Below are positions 46,954 to 54,938 of a stretch of DNA of 64,000 nt, one piece after another. The DNA lies in assembly GCA_944389535.1 (NCBI GenBank), contig CALXMS010000001.1:3390-67389 (forward strand), in the 5' to 3' direction. The position numbers and the translations under genes were made by a program. Numbering within the stretch: position 1 is the first letter of the stretch; each line of letters begins with the position of its first letter. Below the pieces are notes generated by a model. That model saw only the letters and a list, made by a program, of their open reading frames with translations, ran no database searches and was not told the origin of the DNA. The stretch comes from an uncultured Alphaproteobacteria bacterium. GTDB lineage: Bacteria > Pseudomonadota > Alphaproteobacteria > Rs-D84.

Positions 46954-48278
46954 TACGGTAATTTTGGTGACCAAGTTGGTTCTACTCCATTAACATTATC
47001 AGGTAATTCTATTTCATAAATATTTTGACCTGTAATATCAACGCTACGAATATGGCTTATACGTTCAATTCCATCCAAAGCCTTTTCCGTTTCATAGTAC
47101 ACCAAACGACGCGAACCTGGTGCCCAAGACGGAGCCTCCATATACCAACCGCCCGCCAAAATTTTCTCGTTACGTCCGCGCGGATCCATAATACCTATAT
47201 AGAATGTATCATCAGCCATTTTTGTAAACGCGATAAACTTTCCGTCTGGTGACCAAGCAGGCGTAGCGTATTTACCCGCACCATAAGTTATACGTTCTAC
47301 AGCGCCAGTTTCTAAATCAAGAATATAAATCTGTTGCTTACCGCTGCGATCGGAATTAAAAGCCATCTTTTTTCCATCTGGTGAATATGATGGACTGGTA
47401 TTTAAAGAATTACCGAACGTTAGTTGTCGTAAAGATTTTGATTCAATATCATATTCATATATATGAGTAATACCATTTTTAACCAGCGATAAAGCTATTT
47501 TCGTTCCATCCGGTGAAAACCGCGGAGCAAAATTCATGCCACCAAACTGCCCCAACCTACGCTGTTCACCAGTTTCCAAATCTAACGTCCATACCATAGG
47601 ATCGTTATCACGATAAGACAAGAAAACTATTGTCTGCATATTAGGAGAAAAATGAGGTGACATAACAAAAGTATCTTTATCTGATAAATACTTCAATCCA
47701 TAACCATCTTGATCCATTATAGCCATACGTTTAGTTCTGTCATGCACCGGACCAGTTTCGGCAATGAATACAATTTGAGTATCAAAATACCCGACTTCCC
47801 CAGTCAAACGTTCATATATAGCATCAGCCATTATATGAGCTAAGCGACGAGCAGATTTTTTTGATGCGACCAAACTTTGGGCCTCTATTTGTTCTTTTGC
47901 GTTTACATCCCAGACATAAAATTCTAAATTGTATCGCCCACCAGACTCTGCCGATAATTTTGCCTGTACCAATACTTGTGCTTTAACAGCGGCCCATAAT
48001 TGAAAATCTGGTAAATTTCCCATTTTAACAAATTCTGGCAACGCATCCCTAGAAACGATTCGGAATAGACCGGTAGATTTCAAATCAGCATCAACGACAT
48101 CTCTTATCATTTCGGCATCTTTTGAAGAAACGTTACCTTCAATTTCAAACTTTTGTACCGCAACAGAAATTGGTTCCAAAGCCCCTGCAATAATATCAAC
48201 TTTTAACTCTGCCCTGGCTGGTGCAACGAACATAAAAGCCGCTATAAAAAATCCCAGAATTTTCTTTATCATATGCAA
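46953..48278 (-). CDS. tolB: Tol-Pal system beta-propeller protein TolB
   Basis: Signal peptide, a TolB N-domain, and repeated ..P.WSPDG..IAF.. propeller blades (..PRFSPDGTKIALS.., ..PSYSPDGKKMAFNS.., ..PAWSPDGKFIAFT..). Confidence 0.92.
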   Translation of the reverse strand: MHMIKKILGFFIAAFMFVAPARAELKVDIIAGALEPISVAVQKFEIEGNVSSKDAEMIRDVVDADLKSTGLFRIVSRDALPEFVKMGNLPDFQLWAAVKAQVLVQAKLSAESGGRYNLEFYVWDVNAKEQIEAQSLVASKKSARRLAHIMADAIYERLTGEVGYFDTQIVFIAETGPVHDRTKRMAIMDQDGYGLKYLSDKDTFVMSPHFSPNMQTIVFLSYRDNDPMVWTLDLETGEQRRLGQFGGMNFAPRFSPDGTKIALSLVKNGITHIYEYDIESKSLRQLTFGNSLNTSPSYSPDGKKMAFNSDRSGKQQIYILDLETGAVERITYGAGKYATPAWSPDGKFIAFTKMADDTFYIGIMDPRGRNEKILAGGWYMEAPSWAPGSRRLVYYETEKALDGIERISHIRSVDITGQNIYEIELPDNVNGVEPTWSPKLP

Positions 48279-48442
48279 ATCCTTTCCCGTATATGAATTT
48301 ACGTAATTTTATACAGTTATAATAAAAAAAGCAAGAAAACCAACAAAGAAAACCTCCCTCTTTAAGCCCGCAACAAAAAAACAACACAAACGCCCCCACA
48401 ACAGTAAACACAGCAGTATTGATACCAGCGATTACAAATGTA

Positions 48443-48470
48443 TTGACAATTGCCAATACAATGATATAGT
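48443..48470 (+). promoter_or_regulatory. Extended -10 promoter with overlapping GTATTG/CAATAC repeats (candidate operator)
   Basis: TTGACA (48443-48448), 16 nt, TGATATAGT (48462-48470). GTATTG occurs at 48416, 48440 and 48488, and its inverse CAATAC at 48454. The hairpin ACGGCA-GTAT-TGCCGT lies at 48482-48497. Confidence 0.5.
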
Positions 48471-48515
48471 CGGTTGTAAGTACGGCAGTATTGCCGTCTG
48501 TATAGGAGTGGGTAT

Positions 48516-48743
48516 ATGCCAAATGTAATGCAACAATTATTTATAATGAACATAGAAGCGCTGCTTAAAGAATACGCAGCATATCGAGCGTTTAACAAAT
48601 CGGACAGCGTAATAAATATGCGCATACCACATCAAGTATTAGAACGCATAAAAAAGATGGCAGAAAAACAACACGTGCCATATCAATTATTAATATCGTC
48701 TGTTTTGTTTTCATTAGTTAGTGCAGAAGATAGCCAGCAATAA
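48516..48743 (+). CDS. CopG/BrnA-type antitoxin-like small DNA-binding protein
   Basis: ..SVINMRIPHQVLERIKKMAEKQHVPYQLLISSVL.. matches my memory of the CopG-antitoxin/BrnA motif (..i.Rlp..ll..lk..A...g.pYQ.li...L). The AGGAG RBS lies 7 nt upstream. Confidence 0.55.
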   Translation: MPNVMQQLFIMNIEALLKEYAAYRAFNKSDSVINMRIPHQVLERIKKMAEKQHVPYQLLISSVLFSLVSAEDSQQ

Positions 48744-48757
48744 AAGGTAAAATACAA

Positions 48758-49702
48758 ATGCCAAATACAAAAACAAAATATACTTTTGACTTTTTAAACA
48801 TGCACGTGCATCATGCAAACGAACAATACGTTAATGAATTACGTTTATATACAGACACAATATCATATGACAATAACGCGGAATATTGGTTATTTTCTGA
48901 CTTATATAATTTATTTGGCAAGCATTATATTGGCACCCATAATAATGCTATTGAAACGCTTGGATACGTAATAAACAAATCAGACTTTGAAAAATTACCT
49001 AAAACAAACAAAGAAAAAATTTTACGCGCGCCAAATTTTCGTACATTTTTTGAAGACCACGTAATATCAATAAAAAATAATTACAGTATAAAAGACGCGC
49101 AGAATATCAGCTTAACCAAACAAAACGCCCCCGACGCAAAAATAAGTCGTTACGCATGTTGGAAATTATTAAAACGTTGGCCAAATATGATATTTCCACA
49201 ATTATACTTTATAAGCCCGAACGCAAAATTAGACGAACTATACAAAGCAGCATATAAATTTTCTAGAATATATCATCGTAACAGACTGACAAAACTAGAA
49301 AAAATCGTTAATGGAATTGCCCATAAAAAAATGGACTTGCAGCGGTTCAATAGTTTTATGCATAAAGTATTCTTTTATAATGCGGATTTAGAAGCGATAA
49401 AATCTGCATACGGTATATCAGGAACGATATTTGATCATATGGGGGTTCGTTCTTTAATGGCGCGCTATAATGCATTAGATAAGTCTATAAATGCATATAA
49501 CATACGTCCTTCCATGACATTTGACGGATTTATAAACGTATTATATAACGAACTTGCAGAATCACGCATAGCAATGATGAATCAAACAGGCAGAACACCG
49601 GAACAAGATATATCACAAAAGTCAATCAGCAAAATATCAGGTGAATTAAAGAAACTGGAATCAGACTTTATAAATAAATACGCATTTCAAAAAATCCGTT
49701 AA
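48758..49702 (+). CDS. DinD-like (DNA-damage-inducible protein D family) protein
   Basis: ..AKISRYACWKLL.. (DinD has ..LSRYACYLV..) and ..IFDHMGVRSLMARYNAL.. (DinD has ..ILDHMGSTELAANLFRA..), with similar overall length and motif order. Confidence 0.5.
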   Translation: MPNTKTKYTFDFLNMHVHHANEQYVNELRLYTDTISYDNNAEYWLFSDLYNLFGKHYIGTHNNAIETLGYVINKSDFEKLPKTNKEKILRAPNFRTFFEDHVISIKNNYSIKDAQNISLTKQNAPDAKISRYACWKLLKRWPNMIFPQLYFISPNAKLDELYKAAYKFSRIYHRNRLTKLEKIVNGIAHKKMDLQRFNSFMHKVFFYNADLEAIKSAYGISGTIFDHMGVRSLMARYNALDKSINAYNIRPSMTFDGFINVLYNELAESRIAMMNQTGRTPEQDISQKSISKISGELKKLESDFINKYAFQKIR

Positions 49703-49729
49703 AAAAAGCGACCTTTCGGTCGCTTTTTT
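49701..49729. terminator. Bidirectional terminator (DinD-like / VirB2-like genes)
   Basis: AAAAAAA-GCGACC-tttc-GGTCGC-TTTTTT. Confidence 0.8.
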
Positions 49730-49735
49730 AAATCA

Positions 49736-50122
49736 TTAAAACATTCCCCAACCCTGAATCAGATTTTCACAGCCGATCAAACCCAAACCAGTGTTAGAAA
49801 ATACGAAGAATTGTAATACGATACCGATACTAAACAACAACACAAAACCAACCAACATACCGGTACCTTTTTTCTTAAGATCTTCCATTTCTACTTTACC
49901 AGAGGAAATAAAACCCCACGCCCATCCGGCAATAATGAAAGCAGCACCGACAAAAGCCAACGTACGTAAAATCTTAAACACACCGTACATTTGTCCTATT
50001 AACCCACATAAACCACTGGTATTTAAAGCACCTGCTTGACCGCCAACATCCGCCAATGCAACAGAAGCACCAGCCAGAACAATAATTCCTGCAAAACCAA
50101 GTTTTTTTAATAAACCTTTCAT
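49736..50122 (-). CDS. Small two-helix membrane protein with TrbC/VirB2 (type IV secretion pilin)-like architecture
   Basis: Long signal peptide ..IIVLAGASVALA, then ..SGLCGLIGQMYGVFKILRTLAFVGAAFIIAGWAWGF.., a charged loop, and ..GMLVGFVLLFSIGIVLQFF... The layout matches VirB2 (..NNICTFILGPFGQSLAVLGIVAIGISWMFG..). Confidence 0.4.
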   Translation of the reverse strand: MKGLLKKLGFAGIIVLAGASVALADVGGQAGALNTSGLCGLIGQMYGVFKILRTLAFVGAAFIIAGWAWGFISSGKVEMEDLKKKGTGMLVGFVLLFSIGIVLQFFVFSNTGLGLIGCENLIQGWGMF

Positions 50123-50147
50123 ATAAATCCCCTTTTCTTTTTATATA

Positions 50148-50176
50148 ATTTTATCATAAAAAATGGGCTTATTCAA
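50148..50176 (-). promoter_or_regulatory. Promoter of the VirB2-like gene
   Basis: On the minus strand: TTGAAT (50176-50171), 17 nt, TAAAAT (50153-50148), then the RBS AAAAGGGGA. Confidence 0.5.
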
Positions 50177-50189
50177 GCGAGATAAATAT

Positions 50190-50224
50190 AAAAAGACGCG
50201 GCGCTAAATTACTGACGCCGCGTC
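50190..50224 (-). terminator. Terminator after the 50242 gene
   Basis: On the minus strand: GACGCGGCG-12 nt-CGCCGCGTC followed by TTTTTAT. Confidence 0.7.
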
Positions 50225-50241
50225 CTTTATTCTATGTAATA

Positions 50242-50628
50242 TTACATAGCGGGAACGATAATATATCTGCGTTTTAAAACGGGTTGTGTCTTGCTGCAAG
50301 AATCACAAGAAACCTTTTCAACCTGTGTGCATGCATTACACGGTGTTACCTGTGCAGCCGGTACCAAGATTTGACGATCCTGACGCGGTGCCTGCCCAAA
50401 GTTATCCATAGCATACAAATCTTCGCAACGAGTATTACGATAAACGATTTTTTTACCGTTATCTATTCCGCGAATGTTACGAGAAAAATTACGACCATAT
50501 TCACCAGCGTAATAAATACAATCATCGCCGTCCTGAGTATATCTTACGCCACCCTTATAATAATCATAATATGCGCCGCAACCAACCAAAGAAGTTAATG
50601 CAATTACAGACATCAGAATTTTTTTCAT
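50242..50628 (-). CDS. Cys-rich lipoprotein of unknown function
   Basis: The start was moved to the ATG at 50628: MKKILMSVIALTSLVGC (lipobox). The C-terminal part carries ..CNACTQVEKVSCDSCSK... Confidence 0.65.
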   Translation of the reverse strand: MKKILMSVIALTSLVGCGAYYDYYKGGVRYTQDGDDCIYYAGEYGRNFSRNIRGIDNGKKIVYRNTRCEDLYAMDNFGQAPRQDRQILVPAAQVTPCNACTQVEKVSCDSCSKTQPVLKRRYIIVPAM

Positions 50629-50754
50629 ATTTCGTACCCTTAAACTAAAAAACGCATTCTCTTGCCTGCTCCCCGATTCGTAATTTAATTGTTGCACAAA
50701 AGTGCCCGTTGTCAAGTTATTGTTAAATTTGTTTATATGTATAGATAAAAATTA

Positions 50755-51972
50755 TTATGGATTATAAGAAATCTTACCGGTACCAGGTAAATAGAAACAA
50801 CCGTTATTATCACAAAATTGTGTTCCTTCTTCCCCACGAACCATATAACAATCTCCGACACTTGACGCGTTTTCTGGACTGGTTGTTCCTACAGGACAAT
50901 TATATTGAATATTATTACTGCAATAAGACCCACTTGGACAAATTCCAAAAACAGGTTTTAAATTAACCGTCTCTGCAACAACTGGAATATCACCACCGAC
51001 TTCTATATTACCACAAGAAGCGGTTTCACCGCTATCTGCGGTATACGAACATTCATAATATAAAAACAACTTTCCAGCACCCACACTTCCTGCATAACTT
51101 TGAGCTTTTAAACACTCTACTTCGCCTTGTTCGTTTACGTTATTTATATCACATTTTACTAAAGAGTATGTATTTTCTGAGTTATAATATCTTATCTCCA
51201 CAGTTACATCTTTCCAACAAGCATATAAAGTTATTTCTTTATTGCCATTTGCCTTTTCAATAAGTTTGGGCCATAAAGATTGGGTAAAAACACCTTGGTT
51301 ATTAAAAAACATTGTACCATCACATTTTTCTTTATCAAAATAACCATTAAACTTATTTTTAAATACACTTTCATTTTGTAAAGCGCCTGCAGGCAAACTT
51401 GCCGACCATCCTGTCGGATTATTTGTCGTGGCAAAACCTTCTTCATATTTTGCATACGCGGTTTTATTTTTTCCTATAATCCAATGAGCTTTTTTCAAAT
51501 CCAAAGTATACACATTTGGCACGCATACTTTTTCAAACGAACAGTTTCCATCATCTGTGTTGCCAGAACCTGTTACGGTACAATCAGTTCCTGTACCACT
51601 ATACCCGTTTCCACAAGAAACACACTTAAAACTGTTTGCGTCGTTTTCTGCATACGGGTTAAAATACTGCCCCGATTGACACGTAACAGTCCATGGACAA
51701 GTATTTGTGGTAAAACCCGAATATGCGGTTCCAGTTAAAAATTCGGCACCTGTGGGCTTTACTGTACAATCCGAACATTCGCCACTGCCCACCGTATTTT
51801 TATAAGTACCGGGCTTACATAAAGAACACTTATTACTACTAGAAGCAAAATAACACCCCGCAATACATGAATTATTTGCGCCAACATTGCCACAGTCCGT
51901 GGTCTGTTCGGCATTGGCAACGGTTACACAAAATAAAAAAATACCCAGTGCAGATAATATAATTTTTCTCAT
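50755..51972 (-). CDS. Secreted Cys-rich protein with ephrin-receptor-like (GCC2/GCC3-type) Cys repeats and a Listeria-Bacteroides-type repeat
   Basis: The start was moved to the ATG at 51972: MRKIILSALGIFLFCVTVANA. It carries ..CSLCKPGTYKNTVGSGECSDC.. and ..CPSGSYCSNNIQYNCPVGTTSPENASSVGDC... The middle reads ..FNGYFDKEKCDGTMFFNNQG.. ..ITLYACW... Confidence 0.7.
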   Translation of the reverse strand: MRKIILSALGIFLFCVTVANAEQTTDCGNVGANNSCIAGCYFASSSNKCSLCKPGTYKNTVGSGECSDCTVKPTGAEFLTGTAYSGFTTNTCPWTVTCQSGQYFNPYAENDANSFKCVSCGNGYSGTGTDCTVTGSGNTDDGNCSFEKVCVPNVYTLDLKKAHWIIGKNKTAYAKYEEGFATTNNPTGWSASLPAGALQNESVFKNKFNGYFDKEKCDGTMFFNNQGVFTQSLWPKLIEKANGNKEITLYACWKDVTVEIRYYNSENTYSLVKCDINNVNEQGEVECLKAQSYAGSVGAGKLFLYYECSYTADSGETASCGNIEVGGDIPVVAETVNLKPVFGICPSGSYCSNNIQYNCPVGTTSPENASSVGDCYMVRGEEGTQFCDNNGCFYLPGTGKISYNP

Positions 51973-52035
51973 CCGGAAAATCCCCCGCGATATAATTATA
52001 TTTTTACACGTTTTTAATCGGGCTGTCAATTTATT

Positions 52036-52061
52036 AAAAAACCGGCATTTGCCGGTTTTTT
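52036..52061. terminator. Bidirectional-type terminator after the 52060 gene
   Basis: AAAAA-ACCGGC-attt-GCCGGT-TTTTT. Confidence 0.8.
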
Positions 52062-52527
52062 AATGTTGCTTTTGTTGTTCTGTAAATCTTTTATTTATCG
52101 TCCAGCCATTTTGTACATACCATAAACTGTCCGCTGGGACCTTTGATGCCTCACCAACAGCAAAATCAAAATCACCCTTTCCGCGAAATTTCGGTGAATA
52201 ATTCAACATTTTTTCAAGCGTCACTTTACGAATGGCGGTAATATCATCCGCAAACATATTACACCAGGTTTCTTTTGGCACAATATATATTGTTCTGATT
52301 GTTGGGTCTTTTATATATTCCTGTGCCTTTTTACTGGGATAGCGCACACCATTTTCATCATAAAATAAATCCTCCCCATGTGCACTAGTAAAAGTTATCT
52401 CTACATCACGGGTTGGAACGATTTCTTCGTTCTTTTCACAACCGCCAATAAACATACTGGCACCCGCCAATCCCAACATCGGTATAACCCTTTTTATGCT
52501 GTAAGGTACTATCTTTTTTAATTTCAT
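52060..52527 (-). CDS. Lipoprotein of unknown function
   Basis: The start was moved to the ATG at 52527: MKLKKIVPYSIKRVIPMLGLAGASMFIGGC (lipobox). Confidence 0.65.
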   Translation of the reverse strand: MKLKKIVPYSIKRVIPMLGLAGASMFIGGCEKNEEIVPTRDVEITFTSAHGEDLFYDENGVRYPSKKAQEYIKDPTIRTIYIVPKETWCNMFADDITAIRKVTLEKMLNYSPKFRGKGDFDFAVGEASKVPADSLWYVQNGWTINKRFTEQQKQH

Positions 52528-52692
52528 ATCTGCCCCCTGTGTTGCTGCATGTATTATATAACATATATAGACGAAAAACACAACTTTGTCAAGTACTGCT
52601 TTGTATATAGGCGATTTTTCCTAATAAAAACTTGGGGCGTCACCACTCATATTATGCTATAATCATTTAATGATATAAAAAGGAATAATACT

Positions 52693-53637
52693 ATGGACTA
52701 TAAAGACTTTGGACTGGTAAATACTAAACGCATGTTTTCAGATGCATTGTCGCGTCATTATGCCATACCCGCGTTTAATTTTTATAATATGGAAACTTTG
52801 CGCGCCATAATCAGTGCGGCGCGTGATACTCGCAGCCCTGTAATTCTGGCGGTATCCGAATCCGCATTAAAATACATGGGCGAAGATTTATTACGGGGTA
52901 TGATTTGGGGACTGAATATAAAAGACACCGACGGCGTCGCACTGCATCTGGACCACGGTTCTTCGTTTGAATCCTGCGTAAATGCAATAAAACTAGGTTT
53001 TTCCAGCGTGATGATTGATGGTTCTAAACTACCATTCGACGCCAACGCCGCATTGGCAAAACAGGTTTCGGATTACGCACATCAATACGACGTCACAGTC
53101 GAAGCTGAATTGGGGGTGCTGTCCGGCATAGAAGACGAAAACACCAAATCAGAAAAGTCAAGTTATACAAACCCTGACGACGTTGTAAACTTTGTAAACG
53201 CAACTAATATAGATTCTTTGGCGATTGCAATCGGTACCAGTCACGGCGCATACAAACGAAAAAGTGATGACGAAGAATTGCGCTTTGATATTCTTGACGC
53301 GGTCGCTAAACAATTACCAGATTTTCCATTGGTTTTACATGGCGCGTCCAGCATACCTAAAACATTTATCAACAAAATAAACGAATTTGGTGGAAAAATG
53401 TCCAACGCACGGGGCATTGCCGTTAATCAATTAAAACAAGCCGTCAAAAAAAATATATGCAAAATAAATGTCGACAGTGATTCCAGACTGGCCTTTACCG
53501 CCGGTGTACGCGAAATACTGTCAACAAAACCCGATGATTTTAATCCGCGTGATTATTTAAGTCTGGGTCAGAAATACGTTTATGATAATTGCATAGATGA
53601 AATAAAAAATATTATGAATTCGGCAAACAAGTTATAA
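52693..53637 (+). CDS. fba: Class II fructose-/ketose-bisphosphate aldolase
   Basis: ..AIPAFNFYNMETLRAIISAA.. ..PVILAVSE.. ..ALHLDHG.. ..IGTSHGAYK.. ..LVLHGASS... Confidence 0.9.
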   Translation: MDYKDFGLVNTKRMFSDALSRHYAIPAFNFYNMETLRAIISAARDTRSPVILAVSESALKYMGEDLLRGMIWGLNIKDTDGVALHLDHGSSFESCVNAIKLGFSSVMIDGSKLPFDANAALAKQVSDYAHQYDVTVEAELGVLSGIEDENTKSEKSSYTNPDDVVNFVNATNIDSLAIAIGTSHGAYKRKSDDEELRFDILDAVAKQLPDFPLVLHGASSIPKTFINKINEFGGKMSNARGIAVNQLKQAVKKNICKINVDSDSRLAFTAGVREILSTKPDDFNPRDYLSLGQKYVYDNCIDEIKNIMNSANKL

Positions 53638-53669
53638 AAAAAATCGGCGACATTTTCGCCGATTTTTTA
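53636..53669. terminator. Bidirectional terminator (fba / efp)
   Basis: AAAAAAAA-ATCGGCGA-cattt-TCGCCGAT-TTTTT. Confidence 0.8.
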
Positions 53670-54236
53670 TTTTGCGCGCTCTACATATTCCAGCGTTTCG
53701 GTATTAACAACAATCTTTTCACCCTGTTCTATAAACAACGGAACTTGAACACGAACGCCGTTATCTAAGATTGCAGGTTTACCGCCGCTGCTGGAAACAG
53801 TCTGACCTTTTAAAGCCGGCTCTGTCTCTTCTACTGTGGCAACGACCGTCTTTGGCAAAGAAATTGATACTGGATTACCTTCAACAAAATTAGCCTTTAC
53901 CATCATTTCAGGTGCAAGAAATTTCATCTGTTCACCCATAGTCTCAACAGGCATTGTAAACTGCTCATAATTAGAAAGATTCATAAAATATGCATCCGTA
54001 CCGTCTGAATACAAAAACTGACAATCAAAATCTTCGACCATTAGTTTTTCAACTTTATCTTCCGCGCGCCAACGATCGTTCCCTTTATTTCCAGAATCAA
54101 TATCGCGCAATTCTGCCTGAACGAAAGCACCACCTTTACCAGGCTTTACTTTTGTTATGGACATTACAGAATAACGTTTACCATTGTGAGAGATAACCCA
54201 ACCCACACGCATATCATTTGCAATATATGATGCCAT
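53667..54236 (-). CDS. efp: Elongation factor P
   Basis: ..KVKPGKGGAFVQAELRDI.. and three OB/KOW-like domains; 189 aa. Confidence 0.93.
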   Translation of the reverse strand: MASYIANDMRVGWVISHNGKRYSVMSITKVKPGKGGAFVQAELRDIDSGNKGNDRWRAEDKVEKLMVEDFDCQFLYSDGTDAYFMNLSNYEQFTMPVETMGEQMKFLAPEMMVKANFVEGNPVSISLPKTVVATVEETEPALKGQTVSSSGGKPAILDNGVRVQVPLFIEQGEKIVVNTETLEYVERAK

Positions 54237-54275
54237 ACTAATACCTCTTATTTTTATTTGTTATTATAAAATTGC

Positions 54276-54818
54276 TTATTGCGCCGCCCTTTTATGTGCC
54301 CAATAACGATCTATACTTTCCATTATCAACCTATCGGCTGTTTCGCGATCTGCCCAACCTTTAACCTTTGACCAAGAATTCGGTTGTAAGTCTTTATAAT
54401 GTTGAAAGAAATATTCTATTTTAGACCGTAAAATTGACGGCAACTGCTCAATATATTCTGTTGTCGTGTAAAAAGGGTCAATATTATCGCGTGGAACGCA
54501 AATTATTTTTTCGTCACCACCCGCTTGATCTTCCATTAATAATGCCCCGATTGGTCGAACCTCTATCAATACACCCGGGCGCAGTGGCGCGTTACATACG
54601 ACAACACAATCCAACGGATCTCCGTCGTCGCCAAGTGTTCCGGGAAAATACCCATAGTTTGCAGGATATGCCATTGGCGTGTGTAAAATTCTATCTACTC
54701 GCAACAAACCTGTTTCTTTATTTATCTCATATTTTACATGACCGTTTTCGGGAACCTCTATAATAGCATTCATCTTTTTAGGTGGTTCTTTACCCGGTAT
54801 AATTTCTTCTAGTGTCAT
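54276..54818 (-). CDS. ppa: Inorganic pyrophosphatase (family I)
   Basis: MTLEEIIPGKEPPKKMNAIIEVPENGHVKYEINKETG.. ..YPANYGYFPGTLGDDGDPLDCVV... The start was moved to the ATG at 54818. Confidence 0.93.
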   Translation of the reverse strand: MTLEEIIPGKEPPKKMNAIIEVPENGHVKYEINKETGLLRVDRILHTPMAYPANYGYFPGTLGDDGDPLDCVVVCNAPLRPGVLIEVRPIGALLMEDQAGGDEKIICVPRDNIDPFYTTTEYIEQLPSILRSKIEYFFQHYKDLQPNSWSKVKGWADRETADRLIMESIDRYWAHKRAAQ

Positions 54819-54938
54819 AAAAAATCCTTTGTTTTCGGCGAATTTTACCACAAAAAATACGATTTGCAATTTTTTATCAATTAAAAATATAAAAAGCCCC
54901 TTTAAACCAAGGGCTTTATGACTTAGAAATCATTCGCG

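Noticed and set aside
48196-48625. Two overlapping minus-strand ORFs upstream of tolB (108 and 87 aa); the first has a hydrophobic, TM-like N-terminus.
   Set aside because: They overlap the tolB start and the plus-strand promoter/operator region, have no RBS, and have low-complexity composition. A tolA remnant was considered, but no TolA-like Lys/Ala/Glu-rich or C-terminal domain is visible.
49736-52581. Treating the VirB2-like gene and the neighbouring Cys-rich and lipoprotein genes as one secretion-system operon.
   Set aside because: Terminators separate most of the genes (50190-50224 and 52036-52061), and only a short promoter-like spacer (50629-50754) lies between the 50755 and 50242 genes. 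There is no ATPase, coupling protein or channel component. They look like independent monocistronic surface-protein genes.
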